This document shows positions 19,534-29,133 of a DNA stretch of 64,000 bases, in pieces. Within the stretch, counting starts at the first letter, position 1; each line of letters begins with the position of its first letter. The translations under genes and the position numbers were made by a program. The notes under the pieces are model-generated. The model searched no databases. It was not told where the DNA came from and saw only the letters and a list, made by a program, of their open reading frames with translations. Source of the stretch: Peptoniphilus harei (GTDB taxonomy: Bacteria; Bacillota; Clostridia; Tissierellales; Peptoniphilaceae); assembly GCA_032560695.1 (NCBI GenBank), contig JAWGHR010000004.1:67490-131489 (forward strand), in the 5' to 3' direction.

Positions 19534-20451
19534 TCAAACCCCCTTTTTAGTTTGTTTTTTGTTTAAGATAATTGCCCCCAATAGGACAAAAATAAGTCCA
19601 AAGACAATATTTATTGTCAGGTCTTCGCCAAGGACCAAGATGGATAAAATTGTCCCAAAGACTGGAATAAATAATTTGTAAATTCCAAATTCACTGGCAC
19701 TGTGGTTTTGAAGGACAAAGGTCCAAGTTGTGAAGGCTGTTGCCGATATAAAAGCACCATAAGACAACATTAAGAATAAAACGAAGTCGTAGTTTACAGT
19801 AGATGTCTTTGTCAATGCCCCAATAATTATAAGTGGCAGGGCACCAAGGGAAAATTGTGATCCAGTGAGAAGAAATCCATTTAAATTTCTTCCGTGCTTT
19901 CTTATTAGGACGCTGGACAGGGCATTAACAGTTTGGGCAATTAAGACAAAACCTTCGCCAGTAAACTTAAAGTGGAAGCTTCCCTGTGAGTTTAAATTTG
20001 TTATAAGTAATCCAGTTGAACCAACAAGTAGGGCTAGGACCTTCCTCTTAGTAAGTCTCTCATCACTAATTAAGAGAACGGAAAACAAAACTGTGATAAA
20101 AGCATTTGACGACTGAATAACTGCAGTAAGTGACCCCAAGGTGTTGGAGAGTCCAATATAGTAAAAACCATACTGCAAACAGGTCTGCAACAAGCCAATA
20201 ATCAAAATAAATTTAAAATTTACATTTTCCCTCTTTACTTCTTCCTTGTTGAAAAGAAGAAAATATATGAAGGTCAGAAGTCCTCCCATGAAAAATCTTA
20301 TCCCAGCAATATAAATTTTCCCACCAGGATCATCTGGCAAGATATTGGCATGGATATAGGTTAGTTTAATAAGGGGAATGGCAGATCCCCAAAGTAGCAT
20401 TGCCAAAAGCGAAAATACTATTGCCCATCTCTTTTCTTTTATAAGTTTCAT
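19534..20451 (-). CDS. DMT/EamA family transporter
   Basis: About 10 TM segments, LLWGSA, L..ER, PVFG..LS..LGE. Confidence 0.88.
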   Translation of the reverse strand: MKLIKEKRWAIVFSLLAMLLWGSAIPLIKLTYIHANILPDDPGGKIYIAGIRFFMGGLLTFIYFLLFNKEEVKRENVNFKFILIIGLLQTCLQYGFYYIGLSNTLGSLTAVIQSSNAFITVLFSVLLISDERLTKRKVLALLVGSTGLLITNLNSQGSFHFKFTGEGFVLIAQTVNALSSVLIRKHGRNLNGFLLTGSQFSLGALPLIIIGALTKTSTVNYDFVLFLMLSYGAFISATAFTTWTFVLQNHSASEFGIYKLFIPVFGTILSILVLGEDLTINIVFGLIFVLLGAIILNKKQTKKGV

Positions 20452-20617
20452 TTCTTCCCTCCAATCTAGTAAATTTTATATTTTATAAAAATAATTATCC
20501 AAAATATTGATGTCCTAAAAATTATTATAAGTCATTAAATTTTTAAAAATTCTAATCTAAAACTGCAAATAAAATTTTATATTAAAAAAGGAGGTCGCCC
20601 TCCTCTTTCATATTTTA

Positions 20618-22567
20618 TTAAAATTCTTGGATTTTTCTTCTAATGTTTTCTTTAGTGAAACCAAATCTTTCAAAGACTTCAGCGCCCTTTCCACTTGCTC
20701 CAAAGGTATCAATGGAAATTGCCATACCCTTCATGCCAATGTACTTGTGCCAACCAAAGGATGATAGGGCTTCAAGTGAAATCCTCTTAGTAATGTTTGA
20801 TGGAAGAATTTCTTCCTTATAGTCAGAAGATTGAGCATCAAAAAGTTCCATAGAAGGCATTGAAACCACACGAACTCCCTTGAGTCCTTCTGCTGCTTCA
20901 AGAGCAAGAGAAACTTCTGAACCTGTAGCGATTACAATTTTTTCAAGTTCTCCCTCTTCCTTCTTAATTATATAGGCACCTCTTTGAATATCCCTTGAAG
21001 AATTTTCAAGTTGTGGAAGATTTTGTCTTGATAGGGCAAGAACAAAAGGCGTGCTCTTTGCATTGAAGGCTAGGTTAAGTGAAGCTGCAGTTTCACGTCC
21101 ATCAGCAGGTCTTAATACAACAATTCCTGGAATAGACCTTAACATTGCAAGGTGTTCAATTGGTTCGTGAGTAGGTCCGTCTTCCCCAACTCCAATGGAG
21201 TCGTGAGTGAAGATGTAGACATTTGGAATATTCATAAGGGCTGCAAGCCTTATTGTTGGTTTTAAGTAGTCACTGAAAACCAAGAAAGTTGAAGCATAAG
21301 TCCTTAGACCTCCATGAAGAAGGATTCCGTTAGTAATTGCACCCATGGCATTTTCACGAACACCAAAAGTTATGTTTCTTCCAAGTCTATTATCAGCTGA
21401 GAAATATTCTTCTCCCTTTAGCATAGTCTTGTTTGATGGACCAAGGTCAGCTGAGCCACCAAAGATGTGGATGTTGTCCTTGGCAATCTTGTTTAAAACT
21501 TCGCCAGAGATTGCACGAGTTGCCATGTCCTTATCAAAGGAATCGTAGTAGGAATCTTCTAATAATTCCTTCTTTTCTTGGTTGAAGGCAGCAAGATAGT
21601 CTTCATATTCCTTAGGATACTTAGCAGCATATTCTTCTTCAATTTTTTTCTTTTCATTTACCTTTGCAGTGTTTTCTTCCACGATTTTTTGGAAGTGAGC
21701 CTTCACATCTTCTGCTATATGAAAATCTTCATCAGGAAGTCCAAAGAATTCACGAGTTGACTTTCTGTCTTCCTTGCCAAGAGGTTCGCCGTGAGCCTTT
21801 GCAGAATCTTCTCTTGGTGATCCGTAGCCAATTTTTGTCTTCACTTCAATAAGTGAAGGCTTGTCAGATTTTTTTGCCTCTTCAATTTTTGAATTTATTT
21901 CATTTAAGTCATTTCCATCTTCTACTACAAAAGTGTCCCAGCCAAGAGCCTTGTACCTGTCACAAACATTTTCTGAGAAGGCAAGATCAGTTGATCCTTC
22001 AATGGAAATTTTATTTGAATCGTAAAGAACGATTAGTTTATTGAGTTTTAGTGTGCCAGCTAGTGATGATGCTTCGTTAGAAATTCCTTCCATTAAACAT
22101 CCATCCCCAACTAGGGCGTAAGTATAGTGGTCAACAAGTTTTAAGTCATCCTTGTTGTAAAGAGCTGCAAGTTTTTCTTCTGCTATAGCCATACCAACTG
22201 CCATGGCTATCCCTTGGCCAAGAGGTCCAGTAGTTGCCTCAACACCCCTAGTGTGACCGTACTCTGGGTGACCTGGTGTTCTCGAGTCAAGTTGTCTAAA
22301 GTTTTTTAAGTCATCAAGACTTAGACCGTAGTCAAATAAGTAAAAAAGTGAATATAAAAGAGCAGATCCATGTCCTGCAGAAAGGACAAACCTATCCCTA
22401 TTTTTCCAATCCAAGTCCTTAGAATCTCTTAGTAGATGATTCTTAAAAAGAACATAGGCCATAGGTGCAGCACCAAGGGGTAGACCTGGGTGACCTGAAT
22501 TTGCATTTTCAATTTGATCAACAGACAGCATTCTCAAAGTATTAACTGCTTTATTTTCGATATTCAA
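20618..22567 (-). CDS. tkt: Transketolase
   Basis: SGHPG, NRDRFVLSAGHGS, GDGCLMEG, GEDGPTHEP; TTG start after GAGGAG. Confidence 0.95.
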   Translation of the reverse strand: MNIENKAVNTLRMLSVDQIENANSGHPGLPLGAAPMAYVLFKNHLLRDSKDLDWKNRDRFVLSAGHGSALLYSLFYLFDYGLSLDDLKNFRQLDSRTPGHPEYGHTRGVEATTGPLGQGIAMAVGMAIAEEKLAALYNKDDLKLVDHYTYALVGDGCLMEGISNEASSLAGTLKLNKLIVLYDSNKISIEGSTDLAFSENVCDRYKALGWDTFVVEDGNDLNEINSKIEEAKKSDKPSLIEVKTKIGYGSPREDSAKAHGEPLGKEDRKSTREFFGLPDEDFHIAEDVKAHFQKIVEENTAKVNEKKKIEEEYAAKYPKEYEDYLAAFNQEKKELLEDSYYDSFDKDMATRAISGEVLNKIAKDNIHIFGGSADLGPSNKTMLKGEEYFSADNRLGRNITFGVRENAMGAITNGILLHGGLRTYASTFLVFSDYLKPTIRLAALMNIPNVYIFTHDSIGVGEDGPTHEPIEHLAMLRSIPGIVVLRPADGRETAASLNLAFNAKSTPFVLALSRQNLPQLENSSRDIQRGAYIIKKEEGELEKIVIATGSEVSLALEAAEGLKGVRVVSMPSMELFDAQSSDYKEEILPSNITKRISLEALSSFGWHKYIGMKGMAISIDTFGASGKGAEVFERFGFTKENIRRKIQEF

Positions 22568-22578
22568 AATTACTCTCC

Positions 22579-23331
22579 TCACTCAACTGAATTTTTATCT
22601 CTCATTACTGCCAACAAAAACTTTGGCAAATCAATTTGCCTCTTAATCCTAGATGGATTTTTTATAAGCCTATAAAGCCACTCAAGGCCTAGCTTAATAA
22701 AAATATCTGGGGCCCTGTTTGCCCTGCCCGATAAAATATCTAGGACTCCACCATTTCCAATAATAACCTTGGCATTTATATCATCCTTCCATGCGTCAAT
22801 CCACTTTTCTTGACGAGGAAAACCAAAGCCAACAAATACAATGTCAATTTTCTTGGAATTTATTTCTTTAATTATATCTTCTTCAACGCTAGACTTCTCA
22901 CCATCTAGCTTGGAATTGAAATATCCATTGTGAAAACCTGCAACCTTAAGATTCTTATACTTTTCATTGACAGCACTTGCCGCATCCTTTGCAACACCTT
23001 CCTTGCCACCTAAAAAATATAAATTAAGACCCATCTCGTCAGCAAGCTTAAGCAGCTTAATAGAAGTGTCAAAACCTGTGACCCTTTCCTTTAAAGGCTT
23101 TTTCCTAAGTTTTGACGCATAAATAAGACCAATCCCATCAGCAAGGACTAAATCCCCTGAGTTAATAAGCTTCCTAAGATTTTCGTCCCTCTTAGCTGCC
23201 ATTACGATTTCAGTATTTGGCGTGTAAATTTTTTTAAGCGAATTCCCCTTTAGGAAGTCCCTTAAAATATTTTCACACTCAGAATTATCAATGTTAAAAA
23301 TTTCAACTCCAAAAATTTTTACTTTCTTCAT
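22579..23331 (-). CDS. tagA: WecB/TagA/CpsF family glycosyltransferase
   Basis: TPNTEIV, ADGIG, ERVTGFD, GFPRQE, GLEWLYRL. Confidence 0.88.
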   Translation of the reverse strand: MKKVKIFGVEIFNIDNSECENILRDFLKGNSLKKIYTPNTEIVMAAKRDENLRKLINSGDLVLADGIGLIYASKLRKKPLKERVTGFDTSIKLLKLADEMGLNLYFLGGKEGVAKDAASAVNEKYKNLKVAGFHNGYFNSKLDGEKSSVEEDIIKEINSKKIDIVFVGFGFPRQEKWIDAWKDDINAKVIIGNGGVLDILSGRANRAPDIFIKLGLEWLYRLIKNPSRIKRQIDLPKFLLAVMRDKNSVE

Positions 23332-23502
23332 AAATCTCTCCGCTAATAAGTTTATCACATAGACAAGAGCTTTTCTATTATTTATGTTTTATAAAATTTA
23401 AATTTTATAAATTAATTTGCAAGAAGCTCACAAGAATAAATTTTAAATTTCTACAAAAAAAAGACTACCTCTTACGAGATAGTCAATATGTATGTTGCCC
23501 AA

Positions 23503-23847
23503 TTACTTTATCGCCAAGCTAACTTTTATTGCTGCGTCAATCTCTCCTATGACATCCTTGTCGAATTTACCGATCTTCTCTCTCAACCTTTTTTTGTCGA
23601 TTGTCCTCAGTTGCTCCAGAAGAATTACAGAATTCTTGGGCAGTGGAACATCTTTAGCTTTTACATTAACATGGGTTGGTAACTTCGCCTTGTTAAGTTG
23701 AGATGTAATTGCAGCTACAATTAAAGTAGGCGAATACTTGTTTCCAATGTCATTTTGAACAACAACTACGGGCCTTACTCCTCCCTGTTCCGACCCAATA
23801 ACTGGCGACAGGTCGGCATAGAATATGTCCCCTCTTCTTATCATCAT
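23503..23847 (-). CDS. mazF: MazF/PemK family mRNA interferase (EndoA/NdoA type)
   Basis: [52 protein letters not shown]. Confidence 0.93.
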   Translation of the reverse strand: MMIRRGDIFYADLSPVIGSEQGGVRPVVVVQNDIGNKYSPTLIVAAITSQLNKAKLPTHVNVKAKDVPLPKNSVILLEQLRTIDKKRLREKIGKFDKDVIGEIDAAIKVSLAIK

Positions 23848-23979
23848 AACTTTTCACCTTTTAAGGTAAGAGAGAATTAAAAGATTGATCTATGAGCAAC
23901 CTTTATATCATTCTATCATATTTCTTCTTATTATATACACTATTCAAAAAATTTTTTGAGCTTTTTACTTGCAAGTCAC

Positions 23980-25167
23980 TTACTTTTCTTCAAAAAGTTT
24001 AAAGACCACATCGAGTCCTTCTATTAGGTCTCTTGCCCTTAGGCTGGTCTTTGAATTTTTTCTTGCGAAGACATCACCTGAGAGTCCATGAATGTAAACT
24101 CCAAGCCTTGCCGCATCATAAAGGTCATAATTTTTCATCATGGCAGAGATTATCCCCGTCAAGACGTCTCCCGATCCACCTGTTGCCATGCCAGAGTTTC
24201 CTGTTTTATTTACGTAAGTTTTCTCTCCATCTGTGACAAGAGTCTCATGACCCTTTAGGACTAGGATGACCTTATATTTTTTTGCAAATTCTTCTGCCAC
24301 TGCCTTGCGATTGTTTTTTATTTCTTCTAAAGACAAACCAGTTAACCTTGCAAACTCTCCCTCATGTGGTGTTAAGATTGTTGTGAAGTCTTTTCTTTCT
24401 TCTAATAATTTCAAATTTTTTGACAAGATGTTTAAGCCATCTGCATCTATTAGAAGGTTTTTTTCAATTTTTATTGTTATCTTAAAGACTTCTTGTCCAT
24501 AAGTTCCAAGTCCCATACCTGGTCCCATGGCTATGACGTCAAGTCCTTTAATAAATTTTTCCATTTCTTCTAGGTCATCAAAGGTCTTTGCTATGGGCTC
24601 AATGAATTTTATAGACATGATGTCAAAGATTTCTCTTGGGACTATATTGTAGACAAGTCCTGCACCAGATTTTAAGGCAGCATTTGATGATAGGTAAGAG
24701 GAGCCCGTCATCCCCATGGACCCACCAAGGATTCCAATTTTTCCAAAGTCTCCCTTGTGACCAAAGTCGTCTCTGTCCTTCCAAAGGGATTTCATTTCTT
24801 CATCTAAAATTATTTCTTCTAAATTCTTTTTCAATAAGTTTTCTCCATCAAGCTTTGCCACTGCCACTGCATAACCTCTTTCATGACTGATAGATAAATC
24901 AAATTTCATATCAAAGACTTCTGCGTAAGGAGCATCTCCCTTGTATTTTATTTTTATGTCCTTAAAAGAAATTTTTCCGATGCCTGTGCCAAGGGCCTTT
25001 GCCACAGCTTCCTTGGCAGCAAAAATTCCCCCTGCTCTCTCGTAGGGTTCTTTTCTTTTTTTTATTCTTTCTATCTCTTCTTCGTTAAAAACTTTGTGAA
25101 GAAATTTTTCATTTTCATCAATTAATTTTTTTATCCTAGAGATTTCTACTATATCTATGCCTAACAT
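23980..25167 (-). CDS. Holo-ACP synthase AcpS fused to ADP-dependent NAD(P)H-hydrate dehydratase NnrD
   Basis: N-terminal GIDIVE..RI, FAAKEAVAKALGTG, SISHE; C-terminal HKGDFG, GPGMG, IDADGL, TPHEGE, ATGGSGDVL; start MLGIDIVE after GGTGA. Confidence 0.88.
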   Translation of the reverse strand: MLGIDIVEISRIKKLIDENEKFLHKVFNEEEIERIKKRKEPYERAGGIFAAKEAVAKALGTGIGKISFKDIKIKYKGDAPYAEVFDMKFDLSISHERGYAVAVAKLDGENLLKKNLEEIILDEEMKSLWKDRDDFGHKGDFGKIGILGGSMGMTGSSYLSSNAALKSGAGLVYNIVPREIFDIMSIKFIEPIAKTFDDLEEMEKFIKGLDVIAMGPGMGLGTYGQEVFKITIKIEKNLLIDADGLNILSKNLKLLEERKDFTTILTPHEGEFARLTGLSLEEIKNNRKAVAEEFAKKYKVILVLKGHETLVTDGEKTYVNKTGNSGMATGGSGDVLTGIISAMMKNYDLYDAARLGVYIHGLSGDVFARKNSKTSLRARDLIEGLDVVFKLFEEK

Positions 25168-25177
25168 CTTATCACCA

Positions 25178-25206
25178 TTGACTTTTATTTTATTTTCGAT
25201 TATTAT
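25178..25206 (+). promoter_or_regulatory. SigA promoter of the tyrS leader
   Basis: TTGACT-17 bp-TATTAT. Confidence 0.7.
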
Positions 25207-25226
25207 AACATAAATAGTATGAATAT

Positions 25227-25357
25227 AAGACGTTGAAGATATACAGTAAGCGAAAGCTGAATTACAATATTGGAGTCTATTGATTTTTGAGGCCTCGGCG
25301 AAGAAAGGTGGTACCACGAATGCGTCCTTTCATTCACGGGGCTCTTTTTATTTTTTT
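25227..25357 (+). ncRNA. Compact T-box riboswitch with Tyr (UAC) specifier
   Basis: AAAGGTGGTACCACG...CGTCCTTT antiterminator; AGTA/GAA loop-E motif with TAC at 25263-25265; lies upstream of tyrS. Confidence 0.8.
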
Positions 25358-25367
25358 GGAGGAATTT

Positions 25368-26594
25368 ATGGAAAATGTATTCGATATTTTAAGCGAGAGA
25401 GGTTACTTAGACCAATGCACTTACGAAGACGAGCTAAGAGAAATGCTTGGCAAGGAATCAGTTCCTTTTTACATTGGCTTTGATGCAACTGCTGACTCTC
25501 TAACTCTTGGACACTTTATCCAAATTAGGGTTATGCAACACATGCAAAATGCTGGTCACGTGCCTATAGCTCTACTTGGTGGTGGAACTACAACTATTGG
25601 TGACCCATCAGGCAAGTCCGACATGAGATCTCTTATGGATAGGGAAACAATTGACTACAACGCAAGAAGATTTAAGGAGCAAATTTCTAACTTCTTAGAT
25701 TTTTCTGATGGCAAGGGCTACATCGAAAACAACGCCGACTGGTTAACTAAGTTAAACTTCCTAGACTTTGTAAGAGAAATTGGTATCCACTTCTCTGTTA
25801 ATAGGATGCTACAATTTGATTGCTACAAGAACAGGATGGAAGAAGGACTTACTTTCTTCGAATTTTCTTACATGCTTATGCAATCCTACGACTACCTATA
25901 CCTATACAGGAAGCATGGTTGCAAGCTAGAAGTTGGTGGATCTGACCAATGGTCCAACATACTTGGTGGTTATGAACTTGTTAGAAAACTTGAAGGCGAC
26001 AAGGTTTATGCCATGACTTTTAAACTTCTTACTACTGCAGCTGGAATCAAGATGGGTAAGACTATGGCTGGAGCAATTTGGCTTGACCCAGAAAAGACTA
26101 CACCTTACGAAATGTTCCAATACCTAAGAAACTGCGACGACAGAGATGTTATTAAGTTCATGAAGCTTCTAACTATGCTTCCACTTGATAAGATTGCTGA
26201 ATACGAAAAATTAGAAGGTGCTGAAATAAATAAGGCAAAAGAAGTTCTTGCTTACGAAGTTGTAAAGGACGTTCACGGAGAAGAAGCTGCTAAGGCTGCT
26301 CTTGATGCATCTCACTCCCTATTCGGTGGCGACAAGGCATCAGAAGACATACCAGCAACTGAATTTGAAGCTGCAAAGTTTGACGAACCTGTGGGAATCC
26401 TAAACCTTATGACAGAGCTTGGACTTATCAAGACAAACTCTGAAGGTAGAAGACTTATCCAACAAGGTGGCGTAAGCATTGATGATGAAAAAATAACTGA
26501 TCCTAAACTTGAAATCACAAAAGACAACTTCAAGGACGGAGAAATTATTATTAGAAAGGGTAAAAAAGTTTACCACAAGGTTATTATAAAGTGA
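25368..26594 (+). CDS. tyrS: Tyrosine--tRNA ligase
   Basis: YIGFDATADSLTLGH, GGSDQW, KMGKT, C-terminal S4 domain; start after GGAGG. Confidence 0.96.
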   Translation: MENVFDILSERGYLDQCTYEDELREMLGKESVPFYIGFDATADSLTLGHFIQIRVMQHMQNAGHVPIALLGGGTTTIGDPSGKSDMRSLMDRETIDYNARRFKEQISNFLDFSDGKGYIENNADWLTKLNFLDFVREIGIHFSVNRMLQFDCYKNRMEEGLTFFEFSYMLMQSYDYLYLYRKHGCKLEVGGSDQWSNILGGYELVRKLEGDKVYAMTFKLLTTAAGIKMGKTMAGAIWLDPEKTTPYEMFQYLRNCDDRDVIKFMKLLTMLPLDKIAEYEKLEGAEINKAKEVLAYEVVKDVHGEEAAKAALDASHSLFGGDKASEDIPATEFEAAKFDEPVGILNLMTELGLIKTNSEGRRLIQQGGVSIDDEKITDPKLEITKDNFKDGEIIIRKGKKVYHKVIIK

Positions 26595-26601
26595 GGTTAA
26601 G

Positions 26602-27993
26602 ATGAATTTAGAACCAAAAAAAGTTTTTGATTATTTTGAAGAGTTATCACAAATCCCAAGAGAATCTGGTAACGAAAAGGGAGTTTCTGACTTCCTAAAG
26701 AAGTTTGGAGAAGAAAAAGGATACAAAGTCGTACAAGATGACAGCCTAAATATTATTATGGAAGTGCCTGCTACAAAGGGCATGGAAGACAGACCTAAGG
26801 TTATCCTACAAGGTCACATGGACATGGTTTGCGAAAAGGGCAAGGACTCAAAACACAATTTTGAAACTGACCCAATTGAACTTATTGTTGATGGAGATTC
26901 TCTCCACGCCAACGACACAACTCTTGGAGCAGACAACGGAATTGGCGTTGCCATGGCAATGGCTCTTGCAGAAGAAGAACATGGTCCATTAAAGATAATC
27001 GTAACTGTATCAGAAGAAACTGACATGCACGGCGCCAAAGACCTTGATGCAAAGCATCTTGAAGGCAAGTACCTAATCAACATTGACTCAGAAGAAGAAG
27101 GTGTCCTTACAGTTTCATCTGCAGGGGGAAAACTTCTAAAGTCAAAATTTGTTTTCAAGGAAGAAGATTACACTGGCAAGGCCTTTGACCTTCACCTTCA
27201 CGGCTTCTTAGGTGGCCACTCTGGTATGGAAATTGCCAACAACAGAGGCAATATGATCAAGGTCATAGCTGAAATCCTTAATAAGCTTGATGGTGCAAAA
27301 TTAATAGACATCAACTGTGGAACAAAACAAAATGCCATTCCAAGAGAAGGTAAGCTTGTCCTTGTGGCAGATGAAGAAGCTCTTAATGAAGCTATTGAAT
27401 TTGTAAAAGAAAAATTCAAAGACGTGGCAGGAGAACTTGTTATTGAATGCAAAGAAACTTCTCACGATGGAAAAGTTTTAACTCCTGATGACACTAAAAA
27501 ACTTGCAAACTATTTGTTAGAACTTCCAACTGGTCCACACACTTTCTTAAATGAGGCCAAAAAAGTTCTTGAATCATCATCAAACCTTGCAATAGCAAAA
27601 AAACTTGATGACGCAATTGAAGTTTTTGTTTCACTTAGATTTGCATCCTCTTCACTTTCAGAAGAATTTGGCAAGATTTACTTGGATATAGTTGAAAAAT
27701 ATGGCTGTCAAGCAGAATTCATCAACCCTTATCCAGAATGGGAATACAGAAAAGAATCTGACTTTAGAGAAATCGTAAAGAAGATCTACAAGGAAATCAC
27801 AGGCAAGGAAATGGAAGAAGAGTTCACTCATGGTGGACTTGAATGCGGCGTCTTCTACAAGAAGAATAGCGACTTAGACATTATCTCCATTGGTCCAGAC
27901 ACTGTTGGAGCTCACACACAAAAGGAAACTCTTTCAATTTCATCAACAAAGAGAGTTTACGACCACCTTGTAAAAGTTCTAAAGGCTCTTTAA
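26602..27993 (+). CDS. pepD: Aminoacyl-histidine dipeptidase (M20C family)
   Basis: LQGHMDMV, TTLGADNGIG, EE, NIDSEE, HGGLECG. Confidence 0.9.
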   Translation: MNLEPKKVFDYFEELSQIPRESGNEKGVSDFLKKFGEEKGYKVVQDDSLNIIMEVPATKGMEDRPKVILQGHMDMVCEKGKDSKHNFETDPIELIVDGDSLHANDTTLGADNGIGVAMAMALAEEEHGPLKIIVTVSEETDMHGAKDLDAKHLEGKYLINIDSEEEGVLTVSSAGGKLLKSKFVFKEEDYTGKAFDLHLHGFLGGHSGMEIANNRGNMIKVIAEILNKLDGAKLIDINCGTKQNAIPREGKLVLVADEEALNEAIEFVKEKFKDVAGELVIECKETSHDGKVLTPDDTKKLANYLLELPTGPHTFLNEAKKVLESSSNLAIAKKLDDAIEVFVSLRFASSSLSEEFGKIYLDIVEKYGCQAEFINPYPEWEYRKESDFREIVKKIYKEITGKEMEEEFTHGGLECGVFYKKNSDLDIISIGPDTVGAHTQKETLSISSTKRVYDHLVKVLKAL

Positions 27994-28005
27994 TAAAAAT
28001 AATTT

Positions 28006-28033
28006 ATGGCTGTCAGTTTGGCAGCCATTTTTT
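28006..28033 (+). terminator. Terminator of tyrS-pepD
   Basis: atggctgtc-agttt-ggcagccat followed by T-run. Confidence 0.75.
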
Positions 28034-28173
28034 ATTTGACTTGATTTCCTTTTAAAGACATAAAAAAAGAAACCCACAAGGGTTTCAAATAATTTCTATA
28101 AATTAAAATTTTCAAAAAACTTATAAACTATGGTCTACACAAATTATGTATGAACTTATAAGCCGCCAGGTCT

Positions 28174-28599
28174 TCAAAGATTTTTAATTGCAATGACTTC
28201 GTTTTGATTTAGGATAAGTTGGTCTGTTAGGGCTTCAACAATTAATAAACCTCTGCCACTGCACTTTTTTTCTCCACAATCATACAAAGAAGTGTCGTGA
28301 TCTACGCCCATCCCCTCGTCAGAGACAATAATTTTTAAAAAGTCGTCTTTTAAGACTAACTTTAAACAGACCTTCTTGTTGAGGTCTTCTTGATTGCCAT
28401 GGACTGCTCCATTTATGACAAGTTCATTTAAAATAACTTTTATATCAAATAATTTTTCTTGGTCAGTAATGTAGGGATTTAAATCCATAATGGCTGAATC
28501 CAAAAAGCCCTTTATTAGAGATAAATCGCTATTAACAAAACCCTTAAATCTATATAAAGTATCCATAATTCTCACTCCATCTATTAAGAAAATACCCAT
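28174..28599 (-). CDS. RsbW/SpoIIAB-like HATPase_c anti-sigma/Ser kinase-fold protein
   Basis: ELVINGAVHGN (N box), VSDEGMG (G1), GRGLLIV (G2); alternative start at 28566. Confidence 0.8.
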   Translation of the reverse strand: MGIFLIDGVRIMDTLYRFKGFVNSDLSLIKGFLDSAIMDLNPYITDQEKLFDIKVILNELVINGAVHGNQEDLNKKVCLKLVLKDDFLKIIVSDEGMGVDHDTSLYDCGEKKCSGRGLLIVEALTDQLILNQNEVIAIKNL

Positions 28600-28730
28600 T
28601 AGATCTCTCCTTTAAACCCCAAAAGCTTGACATAGATTAATTTTAAAATTTTACTGTATTATATTTAGCAATTTGTTATAATGTTATTAAGCTTGCAAAA
28701 AGCATAAATTTTATTAGGAGGAAGATAAAT

Positions 28731-28892
28731 ATGAAAAAATACGAATGTACACTTTGTGGATATATCTATGATCCTGAAGTAGGCGACGAAGATAACGGCG
28801 TTAAGGCTGGTACTCCATTTGATAAGCTACCAGAAGATTGGGTTTGCCCACTTTGTGGAGCTGAAAAAGCAGACTTCGAACCTGTTGAATAA
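28731..28892 (+). CDS. Rubredoxin (53 aa)
   Basis: [19 protein letters not shown]...[20 protein letters not shown]; below the ORF-track cutoff. Confidence 0.95.
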   Translation: MKKYECTLCGYIYDPEVGDEDNGVKAGTPFDKLPEDWVCPLCGAEKADFEPVE

Positions 28893-28950
28893 TAATATTA
28901 AGGAAGGCTTAGGCCTTCTTTTTTTTGTGCAGTTTTAAGAATTTAAATTT

Positions 28951-29052
28951 TTATCCACAATTTTATTTTTTTATCTACATTTGTGGGCTTTTCTTGACTT
29001 TTTAATAAATATCCACAGATTTATTTGTCTTTTTTATTTTTATTTATCCACA
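28951..29052 (+). promoter_or_regulatory. Cluster of four co-oriented DnaA boxes
   Basis: TTATCCACA (28951, 29044), TTATCTACA (28971), ATATCCACA (29009). Confidence 0.65.
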
Positions 29053-29133
29053 ATTATCTTACTTTTAAAATTTTACATAAAAAATCCATGAGACTTGTCT
29101 TTTAACAAAGCTCATGGATTTAATTTTTATATT

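Noticed and set aside
25168..25367. N-terminal extensions of the acpS-nnrD and tyrS ORFs in the track
   Set aside because: They overlap each other and the promoter/T-box; RBS-supported starts are 25167 and 25368
28951..29052. DnaA-box cluster as oriC
   Set aside because: No dnaA, dnaN or rpmH nearby, and the dominant gene orientation does not switch here
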